Shown here in pieces: positions 29,679-37,363 of a stretch of 64,000 nucleotides of DNA. Below the pieces are notes generated by a model. It saw only the letters and a program-made list of their open reading frames with translations, searched no databases and was not told the DNA's origin. Origin of the DNA: Myxococcota bacterium (lineage in GTDB: Bacteria > Myxococcota_A > UBA796 > GCA-2862545); assembly GCA_039208735.1 (NCBI GenBank), contig JBCCQY010000023.1, positions 12,900-76,899 on the forward strand, given 5' to 3'. The translations under genes and the position numbers were made by a program. How positions within the stretch are numbered: the first letter of the stretch is position 1; every line of letters starts with the position of its first letter.

Positions 29679-30267
29679 GCGGAACTGGCATCGCATTGGC
29701 GCCGCCGGCACCGCCCTCGGGCTGTTGTCGATCTCTGCGGTGGCGGTGGGCCTGCCCTGGGACATCGACATGGCCGATTCGCAGTCCCGCGAGGCCTACG
29801 AGAAGCCCATGCTCGACCTGCCCGAAGGGGTCGTGTCGCAGTCCCATGTGCTCTCGCCGAATCACTTCACCGCGAACGTTGTACGCGGCTCCGAAGCCTC
29901 GAAGAAGCTGCTCGCCGTCGGAGCGACGAAGCAGCTGGTCCAGAAGGGCGAGGAGATGTACCAAATCTACTGTTACCCGTGTCACGGGTCGGAGGGTGGT
30001 GCGACCGATGAGGGCCTCGGCCCGGTCGCTTGGACCGAGGCAGCGCCGGCCCGCATCAAGGGCATCCCCTACCTCTCGGGTCCCAACGGCGTCGCCAAGA
30101 GCCGCGATGATCAGTGGATTTACGTCACCATCCGGAACGGTGGCGGAAACATGCCGGCCTACGGCCACGCGATGAACGACCAGGAAATGTGGTCGATCGT
30201 GCACTACATCCGCACCCTGCCCGACTCGCAGCAGCTGAAGACGGCGGCTGAGGAGGAGGCCCCATGA
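29671..30267 (+). CDS. actE: Alternative complex III monoheme cytochrome c
   Basis: DMADS, CYPCHG, MPAY, WSIVHYIR; ATG 29671. Confidence 0.88.
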   Translation: MSKRNWHRIGAAGTALGLLSISAVAVGLPWDIDMADSQSREAYEKPMLDLPEGVVSQSHVLSPNHFTANVVRGSEASKKLLAVGATKQLVQKGEEMYQIYCYPCHGSEGGATDEGLGPVAWTEAAPARIKGIPYLSGPNGVAKSRDDQWIYVTIRNGGGNMPAYGHAMNDQEMWSIVHYIRTLPDSQQLKTAAEEEAP

Positions 30268-31616
30268 GCAGCGGACTTCCAAATCTCAATCCCGTCATCG
30301 ACGGACTGATCGGCCGCAAGCTGCCGAACAGCGTCCACTACGGGTCGCTTGCGGCCATGGCCGTCGGCGTGGTTGCATTCTTCGCTGGCGTCGTGGTCTT
30401 GGGCAAGCCTGCCTACACCTGGGGCGCCTACCTTGTGGGCCTGGTCTATACCTTGGCCATCGCGCAGGGCGGCGTCATCTTCGCCATCCTGATGACGGGC
30501 ACGACCGGCCGCTGGGGCCGTCCCGTGAAGCGAATCGGTGAGGCCTTCGGGTTCTTCCTGCCGGTGGGCTGGCTCCTGCTGGCCGTGTTCCTCGTGTTCG
30601 GGATCTACGTCTACTCCTGGCACCCCGAGACGATCATCGAAGGCGGCCAAGTCGACCTGGCTCCGCACTCCGCCGAGGCTGCGGCCAGCAAGGAATACTG
30701 GCTGGCCCCAGGCTTCTTCACGGCCCGTCAGCTCGCTTTCCTCGGCATCCTCATCGTGCTCGATGGTTTGTACATCTACCAGAGCCTTCGCCCCGACCTC
30801 GTGATGGCGCGGCAGCGGCTTGGCAATAAGGCGCCCGCCATTTGGGAGACGTTCACCCGCGGGTCGGGCGACCTCGCCACCACCGTACGCGAAAGCCTTC
30901 GGGGACAAGCGCTGCTCACGCCCTTCATCGGCCTGGCCTATGCGCTGGTGTTCAGCTTCGTGGGCTTCGACCTTATCATGAGCCTGTCGCCATGGTGGTT
31001 CTCCAACATGTTCGGCGGCTTCATCTTCATGAGTTCGTTCTGGCTCGCGCTGGCCGCACTGGGTGCGGTCGCGGTGGCCGCTAGGGACTGGTTGCGACTC
31101 GGACCCTTTGTCACCTCCAACGTGACGCATGACATCGGCAAGCTTATGCTCGCGGGCTGTATGTTCTGGGCCTACACGACGTACGCCCAGCTGCTTCCCA
31201 TCTGGTACACCGACATGCCAGAAGAGACCGAGTTCCTGCTCGTCCGCATGCGTCACCCCGACTGGGAGTGGTTGGCCATGATGGTGGGCGTCACCTGTTT
31301 CCTCGCCCCCTTCACCATCTTGGTGTCGCGCGGAATCAAGAAGATGCGCTGGCCGTTCTTCGGCATCTGCCTTCTCGTAATGGTGGGCTTGTTCCTCGAA
31401 CGGTCGCTGCTCGTGTTGCCTTCGGTCTACTTCGAATCGGCCCTGGCGACGGACACCATTCTCATCAGCATTGGTGTGTGGGTTGGCTTCATGGGCCTGT
31501 TCATTCAGGTTGTGGGCCAGGTGTTGTGCCGCATTCCGCCGCTTGTCATCAGCGATCCCTACCTCGAGCCGCACCCGTGGGATGTCCACGTGCACTCGCT
31601 GGATCATCGTGCCTGA
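30264..31616 (+). CDS. actF: Alternative complex III membrane subunit F
   Basis: DLIMSLSPWWFSNMFG, HDIGKL, FWAY..YAQ...IWY..MPEE. Confidence 0.9.
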   Translation: MSSGLPNLNPVIDGLIGRKLPNSVHYGSLAAMAVGVVAFFAGVVVLGKPAYTWGAYLVGLVYTLAIAQGGVIFAILMTGTTGRWGRPVKRIGEAFGFFLPVGWLLLAVFLVFGIYVYSWHPETIIEGGQVDLAPHSAEAAASKEYWLAPGFFTARQLAFLGILIVLDGLYIYQSLRPDLVMARQRLGNKAPAIWETFTRGSGDLATTVRESLRGQALLTPFIGLAYALVFSFVGFDLIMSLSPWWFSNMFGGFIFMSSFWLALAALGAVAVAARDWLRLGPFVTSNVTHDIGKLMLAGCMFWAYTTYAQLLPIWYTDMPEETEFLLVRMRHPDWEWLAMMVGVTCFLAPFTILVSRGIKKMRWPFFGICLLVMVGLFLERSLLVLPSVYFESALATDTILISIGVWVGFMGLFIQVVGQVLCRIPPLVISDPYLEPHPWDVHVHSLDHRA

Positions 31617-31640
31617 CGTCATCGCGTTGCGATGACCGCC

Positions 31641-31680
31641 AAAGCCTCGGACCATTTTGGTCCGGGGCTTTGTTGTCTTC
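31641..31680 (+). terminator. Intrinsic terminator of the act operon
   Basis: AAAGCCTCGGACCA / TGGTCCGGGGCTTT hairpin followed by a T-rich tract. Confidence 0.8.
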
Positions 31681-31756
31681 GGGATCCGTCTTGAATTAGG
31701 ATCCGCGTCAGAATCCGACTGTACCGAGTCGATGCCACGACCCGGAGGAGGAACGG

Positions 31757-32935
31757 ATGGCGACGCTGGAGAAGCGTGGCGAGTGGTGGACCATTCGCTG
31801 GACGGAACCGAAACCGGAGGGAGAAGAAGGTCGACGATGGCGACGCCATCGCGTCCGCACCCGGCGACAAGCCGAGAAACTTCGGATCGAAATTGAGGAT
31901 GCCGTGCGCCTCGAAGGAGCCTGGGTACCCGCCGCGGAGCGCCCACAAGCGACACGGCTCACCGACATCATTGAGGCCTTCCTCGAACATAGCGAGCGGT
32001 CGAATGCCCCTTCGACGACGCTTCGGAAACGGCAGATGTTGAAACTATTGGTGCGACACCTGGGAGCGGACACTCCTGTCGACCACCTGTCATACGAGGT
32101 CCTGGGCCAGTTTCATGCTTGGCTCAAAGACCCAGAGACCGGACGCCACGTCCACGGGCGAGGTCCTGAGACCTGCCGAAAAGTGATTGGAGAAGTCGAA
32201 TTACTGTGGCGATGGGCGGCCCAACGACAGGCTCGAGGGCAGTTTCGAGGTGTCCCAACGCCCGACAGTCTCGATCTTCAGCGCGCGGCTGCCCCCGAAG
32301 CCCAAGCCCCCACCTGGGCCGAGATGGATGCCTGCATCCATGCCGCCCAGGGCTGGCAACAACGCCTCTACATCGTGTTGCGGTGCACAGGGCTACGCGT
32401 GGGCCAGGCCATGGGATTGCGTTGGGACGACCTCGACCTTGAGACAGGGGTGCTGCGCTTCCGCGGTGAACTCGGCAAGACCAAACACGAACGCCGAGGC
32501 CGGCGTCAGCCGCTTGCGCCGGTGCTCCTCGAGCGACTCCTCGATTGGGAACAACGATCCGAATGGGTCATCGAGTGCCCGCGAAAGGAACGCGTGGCTC
32601 GAGCTCGCGATGCGGCTCGGGCGTGGCATCGCGCGGGCATTCCCGAAGAGAAGTGGGCCCAGCCTCACCACGCCTTCCGTAAGGGTTGGGCCACTGGCCT
32701 TCAGCTCGCCGGAGTTGACAAAGAGGCCATCGAATACATGCAGGGTCACCAAGTGGGACATTTAACCGGTCTGGCAAGTTCGCGAGACCGGTACCTGGAT
32801 CCGAGGGCCCTTCCGCTCGTGGAGGCGGTGGGTCAAGTGCCGCCGATTGCCCTAATGTTGCCCCTTGGTCATCCTCCAGATCGGAAAAATAAAGATTCAT
32901 CAATCACTATAGATCTCGATGGCGGCGGACCATAG
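31757..32935 (+). CDS. Tyrosine recombinase/integrase (intact)
   Basis: TGLR (Arg), GKTK, HAFR, GH, DRY (Tyr); GGAGG RBS; stop codon lies inside the att-like site. Confidence 0.92.
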   Translation: MATLEKRGEWWTIRWTEPKPEGEEGRRWRRHRVRTRRQAEKLRIEIEDAVRLEGAWVPAAERPQATRLTDIIEAFLEHSERSNAPSTTLRKRQMLKLLVRHLGADTPVDHLSYEVLGQFHAWLKDPETGRHVHGRGPETCRKVIGEVELLWRWAAQRQARGQFRGVPTPDSLDLQRAAAPEAQAPTWAEMDACIHAAQGWQQRLYIVLRCTGLRVGQAMGLRWDDLDLETGVLRFRGELGKTKHERRGRRQPLAPVLLERLLDWEQRSEWVIECPRKERVARARDAARAWHRAGIPEEKWAQPHHAFRKGWATGLQLAGVDKEAIEYMQGHQVGHLTGLASSRDRYLDPRALPLVEAVGQVPPIALMLPLGHPPDRKNKDSSITIDLDGGGP

Positions 32936-32950
32936 GAAACAAACCCACCG
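32920..32950 (-). repeat. att-like degenerate copy of the tRNA-Sec 3' end
   Basis: TGGCGGCGGACCATAGGAAACAAACCCACCG versus the reverse complement of 62404-62434, TGGCGGCGGACCATGGGAATCGAACCCACCG: 28/31 identical. Confidence 0.9.
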
Positions 32951-33253
32951 CGGAAAATCGGCGAAATAGAGACCCTGGTGATGGATGAATGCAGATTATC
33001 CGCGCGATACTTAGGCATTATACACCCATAGTGCTCTTAAGAATACGATTATTTTATAGACACTCTTGAAAATCACATCGGTGTTTGGCATGAGCACCCC
33101 CTTCACGAGCCAAACTCTTTTATCGAGGGCACTCGAGCAGATTAGAAAGGTTCAACGTATGTTGTTGCCGTTTCTGGTGCCCAGGCTGCATCGATTTCGG
33201 AGCCGTGAGTCAAGGCGAATCATCGATGCCGAGACGGGTTGGACTGTCGGGCC

Positions 33254-33505
33254 TCAGGGAGAAATCGTGCAGATCCGGTCGCTAGGACCGGAGAGGCCCA
33301 TGGGAGCCTGGTCGTGGCGTTGTCGAAGGGGGCACTTTCCGAGTCGTTGCTGGGTGTAGCCCTGGCCGATGAGAGTTCGGGCCGCGTCCGCGTCAAGCTC
33401 GAGCCTCGGTCTGCCTAGCGTGGTGCCGGACGCCCTGGCCCGCTCCAAACCTGCCAGCGTCCGTTCGCGTCGCCGAGCTCGCTCTTGCTGGGCAATCCAC
33501 TCCAC
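33254..33505 (-). pseudogene. C-terminal fragment of a serine resolvase/invertase
   Basis: AQQER...RERTLAGLERARASG..LGRP; catalytic N-terminal domain missing. Confidence 0.8.
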
Positions 33506-33611
33506 TACGGAGGGTCACGCCTCGCGAGGGGCCTCTTCACGCTCCTTGCAGCAAACACTCGAGCCGACGGCGGAGGTGTTCGAGACGTAGTCCTTCGTTA
33601 GGCACGTCCGC

Positions 33612-34976
33612 ATGCCTACCCGCACCGGTCCCTATCTGTTCGCCTCCCATGGAGGCTACGCCAACGTCTTCGACGGGCTCGACCACACCTGGGTCGGCTC
33701 GGTCCCGACCTCGGGATTCGGCTCTGCCGCCATCGTCGTCGACCTCGACGCTCGCCCTGTGGTGGTCGAGTTCGGTCTGGAGGGCCTCCGCGCCACCGAC
33801 GCCCAGTCGCTCGAGGTCCTCTGGTGGATTCCCCCATCGGACTCCCGCGGGAACTCGATGGGCTTCTCCCACGCTGTCGCCTTCTACTTCGATGGGGTCC
33901 TGCGGGTGGGGGCCTCCGAGATCCTGAAGTTCGGTAACCAGCGCATCCTGATCGACCCGGTCACGGGCGAGCGCGACCTCGCGTCGGGTGGCCCGGGTCG
34001 GTTTTTTGGCAGCGTCGAGTGCCCACAGGTCCACGGCGTTGCCGACGGCACCTCGGTGTTGCTGCGGTCCGCGGCGGGGGCCACGCTGATGCGCCTGGCT
34101 ACGCCAGATGATCCCGTCGACGTGCAGGAGCACGTGGGCGCCGACGGTACACGGTACACCGTCACCAGCCAGGTCTTCGACTTTGGCCCCGACAAGGTTC
34201 AGATGGCATTTGCGCCTGACCAGGTTCTGCTCGTCACCGGATCGCGTCTCGCCGGCTACGGTCTCGACGGGCGACAGTTGTGGGAGGCCACGACCCCGGC
34301 CGAGGCCCGCGTCGTCCAAACCGCCTACGACCGCACCGGGTGGCTGGGCACCCTTCGGACAGACGCTGGCCTGGCTCTCTATCGACTCGGACCCACGCTC
34401 GAACACCTGCGCGGCCCCCTCGACGAGCCGGGACACCTGGTGCCCGGTGGCCAGTTCGTGCGCGACGCCCGCGACGTCTCCAACGCGATCACAGGGGAGC
34501 CGCAGGCACCGCTCGGGCCCGTTCCCGCCGACCGCCTTCCACAGTCGGTGGTGATCGCCGAGTCGGTCCAGGACGATGGTCCGCCCGCGCCGGTACCCGC
34601 CCCTATTGCCCGGTTCTTCAGCGAGGGACCCCGGGCGCTCCGCGACGCGTGGGAATCCAGCCCCGAGCTGCTACCCACCCTAAGAGAGTTCGCCCGAGCG
34701 CTGGGTCTGCCGCCCGGTTTGCACCCCTTCGGGCGCCACGTGGAGGAGCGCCATTGGTCGGAGGGTGAGGGCATCCGTGAGCTGTTTCTGTACGAGGAGC
34801 GAACACTCATCTGGTGCTGGCGCGACACGCCGGACGGCCCTCGGTACTTCCGCTTCCACCACGAGAGACGGACCGCCGACCGCGTCTCCCAACCGCTGGT
34901 GCGGAAGCTCTCCGGACCCTGGCCTCTGCAGGCTCTGCTGTCCGAAGCGCAAGCGAGGCTCGCAGGCGTCTCTTGA
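33612..34976 (+). CDS. Hypothetical protein (beta-rich N-terminal part)
   Basis: 454-codon ORF with GC-biased third positions; no family recognised. Confidence 0.65.
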   Translation: MPTRTGPYLFASHGGYANVFDGLDHTWVGSVPTSGFGSAAIVVDLDARPVVVEFGLEGLRATDAQSLEVLWWIPPSDSRGNSMGFSHAVAFYFDGVLRVGASEILKFGNQRILIDPVTGERDLASGGPGRFFGSVECPQVHGVADGTSVLLRSAAGATLMRLATPDDPVDVQEHVGADGTRYTVTSQVFDFGPDKVQMAFAPDQVLLVTGSRLAGYGLDGRQLWEATTPAEARVVQTAYDRTGWLGTLRTDAGLALYRLGPTLEHLRGPLDEPGHLVPGGQFVRDARDVSNAITGEPQAPLGPVPADRLPQSVVIAESVQDDGPPAPVPAPIARFFSEGPRALRDAWESSPELLPTLREFARALGLPPGLHPFGRHVEERHWSEGEGIRELFLYEERTLIWCWRDTPDGPRYFRFHHERRTADRVSQPLVRKLSGPWPLQALLSEAQARLAGVS

Positions 34977-35099
34977 GGTCAGGTGGTAAAGGCCCGCCCA
35001 GCAGACCACCGCGTTGTCGCCCATCGCCTGCACGATCCTCGGGAGTAAGGTGGTGCGAATGCGCTGGTCGGGTTCTCGTCGAGCCCGTCGAGGAGGAGG

Positions 35100-35240
35100 C
35101 TAGGAGCGACGTCAGGTTGTCAAACGCCGGCACCCACCCCGTGTCCAGCTCGGCCGTCAACCGATCGAGGGCCTCGAGGGCGAGTTCCTTGAGGAGCATC
35201 GTCTTGCCGGTGCCCAGCGGCTCGGCCACGCAGGAGGTAG
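35100..35240 (-). pseudogene. P-loop NTPase (NACHT-like) remnant
   Basis: GTGKTMLLKELALE Walker A, preceded out of frame by TYLLRG; degenerates soon after. Confidence 0.4.
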
Positions 35241-35247
35241 GTGGCCT

Positions 35248-36519
35248 TCACCCCGCCGACGAGCTCTTGCGCATCCGCTGCTTCATGAGGCGTTCGAACA
35301 TCTTCTCGCCCCGTCCCGGCTCGCTCCACGGGCACACCTCGAGACAGATCCCACACGACCCCGTCTTCACGAAGTACGGCGCACACTTGTCGAAGTCGAC
35401 GTAGAACTTCTCCACGCCCCGCACGAGCTGCTTGGTGTCGAAGATGGCATGCGGTGGGCAATTCTCCACGCAGATCTGGCACGAGGCACAGAAGTCCTCC
35501 ACTCCGATGTCGACCGGCACGTCGTTCTGCAGCGGCAGGTCGGTGAGCACGACCGCCAGACGGACGTTTGCTCCGTACTCTCGCGTGATGAGCGAGCCGT
35601 GCTTGCCCAGTTCACCGAGTCCGGCCTGGATAGCCGTCGGGAGGTGCAGCACTTCGCTCGGGTCTGGCGGGATGTTGGTGCAGGCTCGGGCCGGCCAGCC
35701 CAGACCACGAATGCCCTCCGCCACCTCGATCGCGATGCGATTGGCCTCGACGTAGGAGTCCATGATCGCCATGACCGAACGGTCGGAAGGGGCATGAAGC
35801 ATCTCCTCGCGGTCCATCGGAATCGCGATGGCGATAGCGTGGAGGAACGACTCGTCGAAGTCCTCGTAGCAGAGGTCGTCCGTCAGGTCGGTGATGCCCA
35901 CGAGCGCGGCGCCAGCTTCGCGCGCCAGGCGCTTGACCACCTCACTCGACTGGTCTGGCGGCATCTCCACCGCCGCCCGCGACACCGGACCCACGCGGCG
36001 TCGATCGTCCCAGAACATTCGCACGATGTACCGGTGGACCCGCGTGTTCTCCATCACCTGGAAGTACCAGTCCAGCTTGCCCCAGGCCCGGCCGTAGCCG
36101 TCGCCGAAGAATACATGACTAGCCCGTCGCGGCTCGGTCTCTCCGCGCCCATTGATGACGTTGCCGGAGATGGGGGGCGACCGGTAGGTGAAGTCGTAGT
36201 CGGGCGTTGGATACGCCTCGAGGTGCATGTGGCGCGCCTTGCGCGTCTTCCCCGGATTGGGGGACAGGTCGCCGGGAGTCGCCGAAAACTCAGGGAATGC
36301 CTGACGCTGCGGAGGCCCCGCCATGTCCTCCAGCACGATCGACTCCCCTCGGGCGATACGCTGGCGATTCACTGCCCGAAGCAGAGGGAAGACCGTGTGG
36401 GTGGCAACCGCAACCGCCAGGGTGAACGCCGCGCGGCCGGTGTCGCGCACGAAACGGCGCCCCTGCTGCTGCAAGGATTGGGACCAGCGAACGGGCCGGG
36501 GATACTTGGCAGTCGTCAT
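35248..36519 (-). CDS. Reductive dehalogenase/QueG-superfamily cobalamin-dependent 2x[4Fe-4S] protein
   Basis: GAALVGIT, AGLGELGKHG.LIT..YG..VRL..VLTDLPL, FCASCQICVENCP, C..CGICLEVCPWS. Confidence 0.85.
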   Translation of the reverse strand: MTTAKYPRPVRWSQSLQQQGRRFVRDTGRAAFTLAVAVATHTVFPLLRAVNRQRIARGESIVLEDMAGPPQRQAFPEFSATPGDLSPNPGKTRKARHMHLEAYPTPDYDFTYRSPPISGNVINGRGETEPRRASHVFFGDGYGRAWGKLDWYFQVMENTRVHRYIVRMFWDDRRRVGPVSRAAVEMPPDQSSEVVKRLAREAGAALVGITDLTDDLCYEDFDESFLHAIAIAIPMDREEMLHAPSDRSVMAIMDSYVEANRIAIEVAEGIRGLGWPARACTNIPPDPSEVLHLPTAIQAGLGELGKHGSLITREYGANVRLAVVLTDLPLQNDVPVDIGVEDFCASCQICVENCPPHAIFDTKQLVRGVEKFYVDFDKCAPYFVKTGSCGICLEVCPWSEPGRGEKMFERLMKQRMRKSSSAG

Positions 36520-36546
36520 GGCGTTCTCTCTTGAAGGGTTATTCGT

Positions 36547-36569
36547 CTACTGAACTAGTCGTTTAGTAG
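36547..36569. promoter_or_regulatory. Probable TetR operator
   Basis: CTACTGAAC-N5-GTTTAGTAG inverted repeat (8/9) in the divergent intergenic region. Confidence 0.65.
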
Positions 36570-36618
36570 TGAACAGCCATTTAAGAATATTTCGACCCCA
36601 TTCCCACCCGGACGCAAA

Positions 36619-37218
36619 ATGCAGCGTGTCGATCCGCGCGTGAAGCGCACGCGCTCAAACGTTCTTCGCGTAGCTGCCGAAATACTGCTCACCCGGGGCT
36701 GGGACCATGTGACCAATGCCGCGGTTGCGAAGGAGGCTGGTTACTCGAAGGCCACGCTGTACAAGCACTGGCCCGAGCCGCTCGACCTGCTGCGGGCCGC
36801 GTTCCTGCACATCGGCGGAATCGAGTTCCACGGCGAGGTCACAGGAGACCTGCGCACCGACCTCATCGCGGAGCTCGACGCCTACCGCGTTGTATTGACC
36901 GAACACCGCCTCGCCGGACCGTTGATCGGCCTCGCAGACCGGGCACGTACCGACCCCGACCTGGCATCGATTCGCGATCAGTTCCTCGCCGAAGGCCAAG
37001 CGCCGACCCTGGCCCTGATCCGCCACGGAGTTGCCAGCCATCTGCTCCGGTCCGACCTCCCCATCACCCCGACAGCGGACCTGTTGTCGGGCGCTTTGAC
37101 CTGGCGGGTGGCTGTTCTCGGAGAGAGCGTCGACCGGGCTTATGTGGTCGACATCGTCGATACGGTGTTGCGTGGCGTGCTCCGGCCAGAGAACGCTACG
37201 CCTTCAGCGAACGGGTAG
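36619..37218 (+). CDS. TetR/AcrR family regulator
   Basis: DPRVKRTR; HTH VAKEAGYSKATLYKHW. Confidence 0.92.
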   Translation: MQRVDPRVKRTRSNVLRVAAEILLTRGWDHVTNAAVAKEAGYSKATLYKHWPEPLDLLRAAFLHIGGIEFHGEVTGDLRTDLIAELDAYRVVLTEHRLAGPLIGLADRARTDPDLASIRDQFLAEGQAPTLALIRHGVASHLLRSDLPITPTADLLSGALTWRVAVLGESVDRAYVVDIVDTVLRGVLRPENATPSANG

Positions 37219-37363
37219 TCTCCGCGTACAGGACCTGTCGGTGTGGTTCGTAGCAGGTCATGAGCCCTGGAGCTCAGCGACGGTCACCTCCACCGCGTGG
37301 TCGAACCGCACACCCCAGAGCGATGTGCTCCACCTCCCGCCAGTTCTCGACGGACTCCCGGAA

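Larger units (their letters stand above)
31680..37220. mobile_element. Decayed integrative island (right boundary uncertain, may extend further)
   Basis: Integrase, tRNA-Sec-derived att-like site, AT-rich spacer, resolvase and NTPase remnants directly after the act terminator. Confidence 0.5.

Noticed and set aside
32920..32950. Second functional tRNA-Sec
   Set aside because: Only 31 nt match, the T-loop is mutated, and no anticodon or D arm follows
36380..36519. Tat signal on the RdhA-like protein (GRRFV)
   Set aside because: Poor fit to S/T-R-R-x-F-L-K and no rdhB; not supportable by eye
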